A stretch of 45,385 bases of DNA, from contig CAZRBS010000002.1 of assembly GCA_964598405.1 (NCBI GenBank), positions 1-45,385 on the forward strand. Reading direction: 5' to 3'. The translations under genes and the position numbers were made by a program. Shown here piece after piece: positions 32,026 through 40,466 of the stretch (its first letter is position 1; the number at the start of each line of letters is the position of its first letter). The DNA comes from an uncultured Dehalococcoidaceae bacterium (lineage in GTDB: Bacteria; Chloroflexota; Dehalococcoidia; Dehalococcoidales; RBG-16-60-22). A model generated the notes under the pieces. The model was not told the origin of the DNA, did no database searches, and saw nothing but the letters and a program-made list of their open reading frames with translations.

Positions 32026-32796
32026 CTACTGATTGCCCTGGTCTAATATCTGGTTGACCTTATTCAGGGCCATCTTTACCGCCCGTACCAGCAGGAAATC
32101 GTCTCCTTCCAGGGTATTGAACCTGAAACCTTTATTTAAAGCCCATTCGATGGTCTCCAGGGTGGTGAAGAGTCCCGCCGGCTTGCCGTGCCGGTCGGCT
32201 GACTCCAGTACCCGGCCCAGCAGTTTTGCGTACCGGGGTTCATTCCAGTCCGGCGGCACGCCGAGTCCCATGCTGCTGGAAAGGTCCCACGGTCCAATGT
32301 AGGCGGCATCTACCCCGTCTACGGAGAGTATCTCGTCGATGTTTTTGACCGCCTCCTCCGTTTCTATCTGTACGGCGATGAGTATTTCCCGGTTGGCTGT
32401 TGCGTAGTATTCGGGGTCAAACCTTCCGGCTCTCCTCGGGCCGAAGCCTCTGTTGCCTTCTGGAGGATACCGGCATGCCCGGACGGCGTTCTCGGCCTCT
32501 TCCTTTGAGTTTATCCAGGGGACGAGCACGCCGTAGGCGCCCAGGTCCAGGACGCGCTTGATGACGACGGGGTCGTTCCACTGAGGTCTGACAATCGGAA
32601 CGCAGCTGGTCCCGTTCATGGCCTGCATCATGGTCTGCAAGGTGCTGTATTCCAGGGGTGCATGTTCGGCATCCAGCATCAGCCAGTCGAAGCCCAGGCG
32701 CGAGAGACACTCGGTCACGTCTGGGTGTCCGAGCTGAACGAAAGTCCCCGTGGCGATCTTGCCCTGCCCCAGCTTCTCTTTTAGCGGATTCTTCAA
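32026..32796 (-). CDS. HpcH/HpaI-family 2-keto-3-deoxy-acid aldolase
   Basis: GHPDVTECLSRLGFDWLMLDAEHAP...VRPQWNDP...LDLGAYGVLVPWI...IETEEAV...IGPWDLS are class II (metal-dependent) pyruvate aldolase motifs. The start is TTG with the SD GGAAAGGA. Confidence 0.9.
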   Translation of the reverse strand: MKNPLKEKLGQGKIATGTFVQLGHPDVTECLSRLGFDWLMLDAEHAPLEYSTLQTMMQAMNGTSCVPIVRPQWNDPVVIKRVLDLGAYGVLVPWINSKEEAENAVRACRYPPEGNRGFGPRRAGRFDPEYYATANREILIAVQIETEEAVKNIDEILSVDGVDAAYIGPWDLSSSMGLGVPPDWNEPRYAKLLGRVLESADRHGKPAGLFTTLETIEWALNKGFRFNTLEGDDFLLVRAVKMALNKVNQILDQGNQ

Positions 32797-32843
32797 TGTT
32801 TTATTTCCTTTCCGGTTTCTTTGCCCTGGACTCGGAGTTACCG

Positions 32844-34682
32844 CTAAAGCTCCCTGGCCAGCTGGCTCAAACCGAGCTCCTGCAGTTTCTTGGCGCTCGG
32901 TCTGGTGGTGGTCGTGTCCCAGTCCATTGCCTCCAGGTACTCCCTGTTCATGGTGTCATCGTCTATGGTTACGTTGGCCAGTGGCCCTGCCTTCAACGGC
33001 GGTTTGCCCACTATCCTCGGGTTTACATCGAATTTCAGCGGGTTCAGCCCTTCGCGCAGGTTGAATATGTGGCGCATGTTGGCGATGCGCTCGCCAACGG
33101 CCAGGCATTTGTCCAAATCATATTCCCAGCCGGTTACCGCGGTCAGGAATTCGGGGATATACTGTGCGGGGTAGGAAGAATATCCAAACAGGCAGAGGCC
33201 GGCCGCATTGACGATGTGGAGCATGTTCATGGCGTCCTTCTGAACCTCTCCGGTATTGGTAAAATCGTATTTATTGCTTCTCTCGTCGGAGAGGAAGTCG
33301 ACCCCCATGAGCCAGCCGCGGCCGCCCTGGGTGTGACGTCCGGGAGTGGCATCCAGGCGATAGGTGACGCCGAGGGCGGGGATAAACCTGGGGTCATGGG
33401 CGGGTACTTCCTGCCCCTGGGCGTGGACGGCGAACTGTTCCGCTCCCCTGCCTATTTTGGCGGCAGCTCGCCTTACCCCGTCGGCCAGAAGGGCGCCGAT
33501 ACCCTCGCGCCTGGCAATCTTATCAGCCAGGGCGACGATGGCATCGCCATTGCCCCAGCGCAGTTCCAGCCCGTCACAGTCTTTTTTGCTCAGGATGCCG
33601 TTCTCGTAGCACTCGATGGCGAAGGCAGCCGCCGAGCCCACGGAGATGGTATCCAGGCCGCAGGCATTGCAGATGTCATTGAAGCGGATGATGGACTCCA
33701 GGTCATCGTTGAGGCACAGGGTGCCCGCCATGCAGAGGGTCTCATATTCGGGTTTGTGACAGACGCGTGCCCGTCCGGGCCTGGCTTTCATGTGCCCGCC
33801 GCAACTGATGGGGCAGTGCCAGCAGCCGTATTTCCGCTCCTGCTCTGCGATTACGGTGTCATCGCTGATGCGCTTGGCGGTGGAGAAATCATCAGGTCCG
33901 GAGCCTGTCCAGTTCTTCACCGGCGAGTCGCCGCTCAGGGCGCTGGATTCGGTAATGCCGCAGGTGCCGTAATCCCTGAAGGTTTCAAAGTCGCCCTTGC
34001 CCCGGGTTATCCATTTTCGACGCAGCTCTTTCGCCTTTTCCTCGTCAGCCATGGGCACCTTCATTTCGCCTTTGACTGCCAGTGCCTTCAGCTTCCTGGA
34101 ACCCATCACCGCCCCCAGCCCCGACCTGCCGGCAGCACGCCCCTTGTCGTTAATTATGCATGACAGGAGGGACATTTGCTCGCCAGCCGGGCCTATACAG
34201 GCGACGCTGGCGGTCCTGCCATGAGCCTCTTTCAGGGCATCTTCGGTATCCAGGCAGTTTTTGCCCCATAATTTGGAAGCATCCTTCAGTTCCGGTTTGC
34301 CGTTCTCGATGTGAAGGTAGATCGGGGCTGGTGAAACGCCGCTGAAGAAGACGCCGTCAAAGCCGGCAAACTTCAGGTTTGGTCCGAAGTCGCCGCCGCA
34401 GTTGGCGTCGCCCCATGTCCCGGTAAGTGGAGACTTGCCGACGACCACAAATCTGCCGCTGGGTATAGCCGGGGTACCGGTAAGAGGGCCGGTCATGAAA
34501 CCAAGCATATTGTCAGGGCCCAGCGGGTCCGCTTTGGGCTTCGTCCTCTCGTACAAAATCCGGGCACCGATTCCGTAGCCACCCATGAAGTCCCTGCCCA
34601 ATTCTTCACCGAGCGTTTCTTCCTGGCATGTGCCGCGTGTCAAATCTACGAAAAGTAATTTACCCATGTAGCCTCTGGCCAT
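32844..34682 (-). CDS. Aldehyde:ferredoxin oxidoreductase (tungstopterin AOR family)
   Basis: GKLLFVDLTRGTCQEE...GGYGIGARILY is a typical AOR N-domain. Later AOR motifs follow (GCWHCPISCG Fe-S ligands, CLNDD, GLDTIS). A perfect SD AGGAGG precedes the ATG. Confidence 0.95.
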   Translation of the reverse strand: MARGYMGKLLFVDLTRGTCQEETLGEELGRDFMGGYGIGARILYERTKPKADPLGPDNMLGFMTGPLTGTPAIPSGRFVVVGKSPLTGTWGDANCGGDFGPNLKFAGFDGVFFSGVSPAPIYLHIENGKPELKDASKLWGKNCLDTEDALKEAHGRTASVACIGPAGEQMSLLSCIINDKGRAAGRSGLGAVMGSRKLKALAVKGEMKVPMADEEKAKELRRKWITRGKGDFETFRDYGTCGITESSALSGDSPVKNWTGSGPDDFSTAKRISDDTVIAEQERKYGCWHCPISCGGHMKARPGRARVCHKPEYETLCMAGTLCLNDDLESIIRFNDICNACGLDTISVGSAAAFAIECYENGILSKKDCDGLELRWGNGDAIVALADKIARREGIGALLADGVRRAAAKIGRGAEQFAVHAQGQEVPAHDPRFIPALGVTYRLDATPGRHTQGGRGWLMGVDFLSDERSNKYDFTNTGEVQKDAMNMLHIVNAAGLCLFGYSSYPAQYIPEFLTAVTGWEYDLDKCLAVGERIANMRHIFNLREGLNPLKFDVNPRIVGKPPLKAGPLANVTIDDDTMNREYLEAMDWDTTTTRPSAKKLQELGLSQLAREL

Positions 34683-34791
34683 ATCATTCCTCCTTTTTTG
34701 AATGTCTGGTTGCTTTGCGGTTACTTTTTCCAGCTTCTAAACGGTGCCTTTACCCGTGCAGAGGAGTCTGGCTGGCGGTATCGCTCCAGTC

Positions 34792-35235
34792 TTATCGGGC
34801 TTTGCCGCTTCCGTGGTTACTCTGTTTAATGTCGGTCAAGGACGTTTTCAGCAGTTCGTAGAATTCCTCGGGCTCTTTGCCGATTGATAGTTTTTCCATG
34901 GGGCACATGTCTGACCGATTGTCTTTCTGGATGTGGGGAACAATTTTGGTGAAGTGGCGTTTTCTGCCGTATTTATCCAGCGTGCTGGCGGCAAGCTGGC
35001 TGCCCAGCGGGCTGTAGACCTCCCGGCAGTTGGCCTTTATGGCAAGCAGGGCCGCCGCATTGCCCATTATCCTGTCAAAGACCACGACCTGCTGGTGGCA
35101 GGGACTGAAGCGGTCGATGTATTCCAGCAGGGGAGATAATCTGTCCTGATTTGAGGAGAAGACCAGCCGGTTGTCCTGGTATACCTGAAGGGTGTCACCG
35201 CTTGTCAGGAACTTATTGAAAGAAGGAATGCTCAT
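34792..35235 (-). CDS. DUF1893-like small protein (family often adjacent to AOR genes)
   Basis: VVFDRIMGNAAALLAIKANCREVYSPLGSQLAASTLDKYG...CPMEKL resembles my recollection of the DUF1893 pattern (D..vGkAaAlL...gv..vya..iS..A...L...gi....CP.E). The assignment is from memory, not from a search. Confidence 0.55.
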   Translation of the reverse strand: MSIPSFNKFLTSGDTLQVYQDNRLVFSSNQDRLSPLLEYIDRFSPCHQQVVVFDRIMGNAAALLAIKANCREVYSPLGSQLAASTLDKYGRKRHFTKIVPHIQKDNRSDMCPMEKLSIGKEPEEFYELLKTSLTDIKQSNHGSGKAR

Positions 35236-35241
35236 CGGGGG

Positions 35242-35838
35242 CTATTCGTTCCTGCTTTGTCTCGCGCTGAGCTTTCCCGCCACCCAGAGAAGCGCGGGTA
35301 TTGAAATGAGCTGGATGGCTATGCCGGGCCAGCCCTGTTTGGTCGCCGCCCAGACGGCGAGAAGCGGGTTTGCTTCCAGACCCAGAGGGCTGTGGCTTTC
35401 CCCGGCGATGGAGGATATTATCAGCACTGCCAGGAGGAGAGCCAGGCGCCCAGCCACCATGGCTCCGAATAACGACCATATTGTCCGGAGGTTAAATCTC
35501 TCGCGCAGTATCCCGGCAACCAGACCGTAGGCGGAAAGCTCGACCAGTATCTGGGGTAAGATGCGCAGTACCGGCATCCCCGAAATGGCATAGCTGGTCA
35601 GAGGAGTGAGCAGCCCGACAACCAGCCCCGCCCGCCAGCCGAAAAGCAGTCCGGCCATCAGGACAAAGATGTGCATGGGGAGGAAGGTCGGGCCGGCCAG
35701 GTGAAACTGATGGAAAGCCCACGGCGTTACTACTGCCAGAGAGACAAAAACAAAGGTAAAGACGTAGCTCCGGATGCTGGTGTATTTCAGTACCACAGGG
35801 AAGGGGGAGGGGGGAGAAAGTGCGATGCTGCCTATCAT
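35242..35838 (-). CDS. BioY/ECF-transporter S-component-like integral membrane protein
   Basis: It has ~6 TM helices. The segment FLPMHIFVLMAGLLFGWRAGLVVGLL...GMP resembles the BioY/ECF-S pattern (..tlQ.f.VllaGllLG.r.G...). No EcfA or EcfT genes are present in the window. Confidence 0.55.
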   Translation of the reverse strand: MIGSIALSPPSPFPVVLKYTSIRSYVFTFVFVSLAVVTPWAFHQFHLAGPTFLPMHIFVLMAGLLFGWRAGLVVGLLTPLTSYAISGMPVLRILPQILVELSAYGLVAGILRERFNLRTIWSLFGAMVAGRLALLLAVLIISSIAGESHSPLGLEANPLLAVWAATKQGWPGIAIQLISIPALLWVAGKLSARQSRNE

Positions 35839-35914
35839 TTTTTGTCCTTGCGTGAAATATTTTAATATGCCGGGCTGCCAGTTCTAGCCGGGCCCGGCGG
35901 CCAATCTTTAAATA

Positions 35915-35943
35915 ATGATACACGGCTGCCTTGCGGCTGTCAA
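35915..35943 (-). promoter_or_regulatory. Candidate sigma70 promoter for the ECF-S/DUF1893/AOR/aldolase string (TTGACA-17-TATCAT on the minus strand)
   Basis: The minus strand reads TTGACA (complement of 35938-35943), then exactly 17 nt, then TATCAT (complement of 35915-35920). This leaves a ~70-nt leader containing a GCCGGGC/GCCCGGC hairpin. Confidence 0.4.
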
Positions 35944-36044
35944 ATGACCGGCGCCCCGTTCTGACCGGGACTGTGCCGGTGGTGCCAGCCCTCACGCGGG
36001 TATGATATTATAGGGGGAGAATAATGGAGAAAGGGTGAGTAATT

Positions 36045-37088
36045 ATGAAAGTCATTGATATGCGCAGTGATACCATAACCCTGCCGACAGATGAGATGCG
36101 GCAGGCTATGTATGAGGCCGAACTGGGGGATGATGTCTTCGGGGAGGACCCCACCGTGAACCGGCTGGAAGAAATAGCGGCGCAGGTTATGGGCAAGGAG
36201 GCGGCTCTTTTTGCTCCGAGCGGCACCATGACCAACCTTATCGCTATACTGGCCCATACCCGTTCCGGTGACGAAATCATCATCGGCAGTGAGTCCCATA
36301 TCCTTTGGTACGAGGTTGGAGGGGCATCGACCCTGGGAGGGGTGGTGATGCGCACCCTTCCCAATGACGATGATGGCCTGCTGGACCCCGGAATGGTCGA
36401 ACGGACGATAAGGACGAATAATATCCACTTTCCGCCAACCAGACTGCTGTGCCTGGAGAACACCCATAATCGCTGTGGTGGAGCGGTGCTGACCCCCGAA
36501 TATACGTCGGAGATGGCCCGCCTCGCCCGCCGGCACGAACTGCGGGTGCACCTGGACGGAGCCCGCATTTTCAATGCGGCCGTTGCTTTGAACATACCGG
36601 CTCGCGAGCTGGCAGAGCCGGCGGACTCGGTATGCTTTTGCATCTCCAAAGGACTCAGTGCTCCCGTGGGCTCTCTCATCTGCGGGAGCAGGGAGTTTGT
36701 GCAGAGGGCCCGCAAGTGGCGGAAGATGCTGGGGGGAGGGATGCGTCAGGCGGGGATGCTTGCTGCCGCCGGCATTGTGGCAATTCAGAAGATGGTCGGC
36801 CGCCTGGCGGAAGACCACGCCAATGCGCAGCGTCTGGCCCGGGGCCTGTCCGGTCTCCCTGATATTCTGGTCAGGCCGGAGAAAGTGCAGACCAATATCG
36901 TGAACTTCGAGTTTGCGCCTGCCGTCTCCGGGCCTGACTTTTTGCAGCAGCTGGCAGAGAGGGGAGTAAAATTCCTTCATCGGGGCGGACAGCAGGTACG
37001 CGCGGTTACCAACCGGATGGTCAGTGCCGATGATGTTGACGAAACTCTGGGGCACATGAGTGCGTTGCTGAAAAAACAGGGCAAATAG
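36045..37088 (+). CDS. ltaE: Low-specificity L-threonine aldolase (PLP-dependent, beta-eliminating lyase fold)
   Basis: IDMRSDTITLPTDEMRQAMYEAELGDDVFGEDPTVNRLEE...SGTMTNL...ENTHN..GG...SKGLSAPVGS (PLP lysine region) is the canonical LtaE pattern. Confidence 0.9.
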   Translation: MKVIDMRSDTITLPTDEMRQAMYEAELGDDVFGEDPTVNRLEEIAAQVMGKEAALFAPSGTMTNLIAILAHTRSGDEIIIGSESHILWYEVGGASTLGGVVMRTLPNDDDGLLDPGMVERTIRTNNIHFPPTRLLCLENTHNRCGGAVLTPEYTSEMARLARRHELRVHLDGARIFNAAVALNIPARELAEPADSVCFCISKGLSAPVGSLICGSREFVQRARKWRKMLGGGMRQAGMLAAAGIVAIQKMVGRLAEDHANAQRLARGLSGLPDILVRPEKVQTNIVNFEFAPAVSGPDFLQQLAERGVKFLHRGGQQVRAVTNRMVSADDVDETLGHMSALLKKQGK

Positions 37089-37111
37089 ACTGACCGAAGG
37101 GATGGTTTCGC

Positions 37112-37429
37112 TCAGGGTATCCGGGGGCCGCCGCGTGGCCAGCAGTCCAGGATTACGCATGGAGCGGAGACTACCCTGACGCCGTGCGTGACACCGGCGG
37201 GAATATAAAAAGCGTCGCCTTTTTGCACCCTTCTCGCCTCGTCTCCGATGGTTATTTCGCACTCTCCTTCCAGCATCAGGCTTAATTGCTCGCAATCATG
37301 GACACTGCCTTTGACGTCTGAACTTACCTGTATCCGTGCCATCAGGATACCATCACCCCAGACATATTCTGCCGTCTCTCCGGGTTTATATGCCACTTTG
37401 GCAAAGTCTTGAGGATATTTCCAGAACAT
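37112..37429 (-). CDS. Cupin-domain protein
   Basis: The two-motif cupin signature is present: HDCEQLSLMLEGECEI...GDAFYIPAGVTHGV. Confidence 0.8.
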   Translation of the reverse strand: MFWKYPQDFAKVAYKPGETAEYVWGDGILMARIQVSSDVKGSVHDCEQLSLMLEGECEITIGDEARRVQKGDAFYIPAGVTHGVRVVSAPCVILDCWPRGGPRIP

Positions 37430-37464
37430 GGCGCTCCTCCCTGTTGCTGTTAGCCGTTCCGGCG

Positions 37465-38085
37465 TTACCGGCCCAAATCGTCGAGGTGGGACGTGTCATT
37501 CAGGTTGACCAGCCGGATTTTCCCGTCGACAATTCGTATCGTGCTCAGAGATGCATTGCCAATCTCAAAGCGGCGGTAAATGCTGTTCGATACTCCGAGG
37601 ACATGGGCTACCAGTACCCTGGCGATGACGTCATGGGTGACGATTAGCGAGTGTCCCTCCGGGTTGTCGGCCATTATCGTTTCCAGGGCGCGTGCCGCCC
37701 TCCTGGTTACCTGGTGGAAGCTTTCCCCGTTCGGCATGGCAAATTCTGAAGGGTCGGTCCTTGACTGCTGCCAGAGCTCCGGCCACTTCTGGCTGATTTC
37801 GTCCATGTGCTTCCCCTGCCAGTCGCCGGTGTTGATTTCAACCAGGTCCTCCAGGACTTTCGGGGTGAGGTTGTGGGGGGCGGCGACGATATTCGCCGTC
37901 GAAAGGGTTCTCCTGAGGGGGCTGGTATAGACCGAAGAAATGGGCAGGCTTGCCAGGCGGGAAGACAGCCTGTGAGCCTGGGCGCGCCCCACTTCGTTGA
38001 TATCTTCACCGGACCAGCCCATGAAAAAGCCGTTAACATTCGAGTCAGTTTGCCCGTGGCGGGCGATAAGAACCGTCGTAGTCAT
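37465..38085 (-). CDS. Histidine phosphatase family protein (phosphoglycerate mutase / CobC-like)
   Basis: The RHG catalytic motif (LIARHGQTDSN) is present, plus a downstream H (VTHDVI). Confidence 0.85.
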   Translation of the reverse strand: MTTTVLIARHGQTDSNVNGFFMGWSGEDINEVGRAQAHRLSSRLASLPISSVYTSPLRRTLSTANIVAAPHNLTPKVLEDLVEINTGDWQGKHMDEISQKWPELWQQSRTDPSEFAMPNGESFHQVTRRAARALETIMADNPEGHSLIVTHDVIARVLVAHVLGVSNSIYRRFEIGNASLSTIRIVDGKIRLVNLNDTSHLDDLGR

Positions 38086-38124
38086 TCATACCTCCGTCAG
38101 GAATAGGTGTCGGGCCACTGTGGT

Positions 38125-38526
38125 TTAAAACAGCCGCCAGTCTCTCAGACCCTGCTGGATAACCGCCAGGTATTCTTTGGAAGGCGGCGTTTCTTCAAGC
38201 TGTCCCGCTTTGATATAGGTTATGGCTTCGAGGGGCTCGCTGTCTTCATCGAACACGCTAACTTTTAACCGGTTATACTGGCCGGGGTAGCCTTCATAGC
38301 TGTCAAGCTTTCGCAGGCACCGGTCTGAAATTTCGTATAAGGCCCCCCGAACCCGGTCTCCCCGGAACGACTTGATGCTAGCGACTCCCCCGCGCCACTG
38401 TCTTGACCAGCCGGCAAAGACCAGTTTGTAGTTGGGCAGGGTGGCGGTAAACAGGGGCTTGCTGTCCGGGCAGCACTGCGCCATCTGCCTTTTATTCAGG
38501 TTGGTACCGTAGGCAAAGTAATACAA
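38125..38526 (-). CDS. Gamma-glutamylcyclotransferase (AIG2/GGCT-like)
   Basis: YYFAYGTNL... is the N-terminal motif, and the catalytic-Glu region is LDSYEGYP. The start is TTG. Confidence 0.85.
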   Translation of the reverse strand: MYYFAYGTNLNKRQMAQCCPDSKPLFTATLPNYKLVFAGWSRQWRGGVASIKSFRGDRVRGALYEISDRCLRKLDSYEGYPGQYNRLKVSVFDEDSEPLEAITYIKAGQLEETPPSKEYLAVIQQGLRDWRLF

Positions 38527-38576
38527 TGCTTGACTAAGTTCACCTCAACTGGCGGTCATTACGGGGACAGGTTTCT

Positions 38577-38699
38577 TTATCCGATTTTTTCCATGTCCTC
38601 ATTGCAGCAGACGAGGGTGCCGCCACCGACCACGGTGACCACCACCTCGTTACCACATACATTACAGCGGTATTTTTCGCCAACCTGCTCTACGCCCAT
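38577..38699 (-). CDS. Desulforedoxin (40 aa, Fe(Cys)4 rubredoxin-like mini-protein)
   Basis: Found by hand: MGVEQVGEKYRCNVCGNEVVVTVVGGGTLVCCNEDMEKIG*. It matches the desulforedoxin/Dfx N-domain pattern (YKCxxCGxxVxV...GGGxLVCCGxxM), including the adjacent CC pair. The SD AAAGGAG lies 5 nt upstream. It is below the track size cut-off. Confidence 0.75.
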   Translation of the reverse strand: MGVEQVGEKYRCNVCGNEVVVTVVGGGTLVCCNEDMEKIG

Positions 38700-38981
38700 G
38701 GGTTTCTCCTTTCCCTCTTGACCAGAAGGGCTTTCCTTCGCCTCTCAGCAGCCGGGTTCACCGGGGTGACCGCAGCAGCTCTGCCTTTTGGCCATTTTGA
38801 TGAAATTATTACGGAACAGAAGATATAGTTTTCAGTGCGGGGGCATGGGAGCGGACATATTGGTTAAGAAAGCCCGCAAAACCGGCATTACGTTTTTCTC
38901 CTTTTCCCTATTTATATTACAACTTTGTGACGGATTTAGCCAGGGGGGAGCGCAGGACGCCCGTGGCCGGGGGAAGCGAAT

Positions 38982-39010
38982 TTGACATATCACTACCGCG
39001 GGTATAAAGT
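38982..39010 (+). promoter_or_regulatory. Candidate sigma70 promoter for glgC (TTGACA-17-TAAAGT)
   Basis: TTGACA lies at 38982-38987, followed by exactly 17 nt and TAAAGT at 39005-39010. This gives a ~100-nt leader to the glgC ATG. Confidence 0.5.
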
Positions 39011-39118
39011 GAAACAGATAAACTTCGAACGAAAATAGCCCGATAAACAAGAGTAATTGCTGATACTCCATTTACGGTAAGCTGATTACCAAAAAGCAAG
39101 GGAGAGGTGGTGGTTACG

Positions 39119-40408
39119 ATGGAAAATATCGTGGCTATTATTTTGGCCGGGGGTCACGGAGAGCGGTTGGGCATCCTGGCTTCAGAGCGGACCAAGCCGG
39201 CGATTCCTTTTGCCGGGAAGTACCGTATTATTGACTTTACCCTGAGTAACTGCGTCAACTCAGGGATTTACAATGTGGCCATACTGACTCAATATCAGCC
39301 GCTCTCACTTGTCGACCACATCGGTATTGGTATGCCCTGGGGCTTTGCCCGCCCCGATGGTAAAATACAGCTGTTGCATCCTTACCTGGCGCGTGAAGAA
39401 GGACGTGACTGGTATAAGGGAACTGCTGACGCGGTATACCAGAACCTCCCGTATATTGAAGAGCAGGGTACGGAACTGGTGCTGATACTGAGCGGTGACC
39501 ATGTCTACAAAATGGATTACACTGACATGGTCAAGTTCCATGAAAAAAAGCAGGCGGACGTTACCATGGCAGTTACCCACATCCCCAGGACTGAGCTGCA
39601 TGAGTTCGGTACGGTATCGGTTGACGAAGATTGGCGGGTGACCGGTTTTCAGGAAAAAGTTAAAATGCCAAAGAGTGACCTTGTCTCCATGGGGGTTTAT
39701 CTTTTCAGGAAAGATAAACTTAGCAACTGCCTGGACGAAGATGCCCAGCGCAGGTCGTCCAGGCATGATTTCGGTCGAAATATTTTCCCGCAGCTGGTGG
39801 GTAATTGTGAGCTTTTCGCTTACCGGTTTGAGGGGTACTGGCGTGATGTCGGTACGGTGCGGAGCTACTGGCAGGCTAATATGAAACTGCTTGATTCGCC
39901 GCCTTCCATCGCATTTGGTACTGACTGGCCTATTCGCACCAAGGAAGAAGACTCAAGAGCACCGGCCATTGTTTTCCGGAGAGGCGACATTATCAACAGC
40001 ATGATATCTCAGGGCTGTTTTATTGAGGGACGGGTGGAAAATTCGGTTCTCTCCCCCGGAGTAAGGGTGGCGGAAAACGCCGTCATCAGGGACTCTGTTA
40101 TCATGTCTGATACCACCATTGGCCGGGATAGCATCGTTGAGTACTCCATTCTGGACAAGGAAGTGATAGTTGAAGCCGGCTGCCAGATTGGCTCCGGCCA
40201 GGACTTTCAGGTTAACCGTGAAGAGCCGAAAGTGCTGAACAGCGGACTGACCGTTGTCGGTAAAAGTGCCAGAATCCCGGAAGGGATTACCATAGGACGT
40301 AATTGCGCCATCTTCAGTAACGTTGTAGAGAAAGACTTCCGCGGCTTTTCAGTCCCGAGTGGCGAGACAATCAAAGCCAAGCGGCATCGCTCTCGCCGCA
40401 GGGAGTAG
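39119..40408 (+). CDS. glgC: Glucose-1-phosphate adenylyltransferase
   Basis: [45 protein letters not shown]...ILTQY is the canonical GlgC N-terminus, followed by a C-terminal left-handed beta-helix region. ATG 39119 follows the SD GGGAGAGGTGGTGG; the track GTG at 39107 lies inside that SD. Confidence 0.9.
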   Translation: MENIVAIILAGGHGERLGILASERTKPAIPFAGKYRIIDFTLSNCVNSGIYNVAILTQYQPLSLVDHIGIGMPWGFARPDGKIQLLHPYLAREEGRDWYKGTADAVYQNLPYIEEQGTELVLILSGDHVYKMDYTDMVKFHEKKQADVTMAVTHIPRTELHEFGTVSVDEDWRVTGFQEKVKMPKSDLVSMGVYLFRKDKLSNCLDEDAQRRSSRHDFGRNIFPQLVGNCELFAYRFEGYWRDVGTVRSYWQANMKLLDSPPSIAFGTDWPIRTKEEDSRAPAIVFRRGDIINSMISQGCFIEGRVENSVLSPGVRVAENAVIRDSVIMSDTTIGRDSIVEYSILDKEVIVEAGCQIGSGQDFQVNREEPKVLNSGLTVVGKSARIPEGITIGRNCAIFSNVVEKDFRGFSVPSGETIKAKRHRSRRRE

Positions 40409-40466
40409 CGGCTTTGCCGTGCCCGGGTTCTCTGTTCGAAAAAGACAGGTTGAAGGATGATAAAGG

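Noticed and set aside
32658-34163. A 501-aa plus-strand ORF.
   Set aside because: It lies entirely antisense to the well-supported AOR gene. Its translation is low-complexity and rich in Gly, Ala, Arg and Pro with no motifs. This is a typical shadow ORF of a high-GC coding region.
35839-36044. A possible riboswitch (Moco/Tuco-, THF-, FMN- or TPP-like) in the 206-nt GC-rich region upstream of the ECF-S/BioY-like gene.
   Set aside because: I could not match any conserved riboswitch core I know (no CUGAGA/ACCC TPP core, no B12 box, no RFN core). A good TTGACA-17-TATCAT promoter inside the region leaves only a ~70-nt leader with one simple hairpin. The rest is better explained as divergent promoter DNA. 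A covariance-model scan (Rfam/Infernal) would be the decisive test.
35940-37295. A 451-aa minus-strand ORF.
   Set aside because: It is antisense to threonine aldolase and runs through the cupin gene boundary and the divergent promoter region. Its composition is Arg/Pro/Gly/His-rich with no recognisable domain, so it is a shadow ORF.
38700-39106. A long (~400-nt) intergenic region that includes a 79-aa minus-strand ORF (38832..39071). I considered a possible ncRNA.
   Set aside because: The ORF has no SD, has odd composition, and overlaps the best glgC promoter candidate. I found only short, unremarkable hairpins and no recognisable ncRNA family. The region is probably two divergent promoters with their leaders. 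This is worth an Infernal scan but is not reportable.
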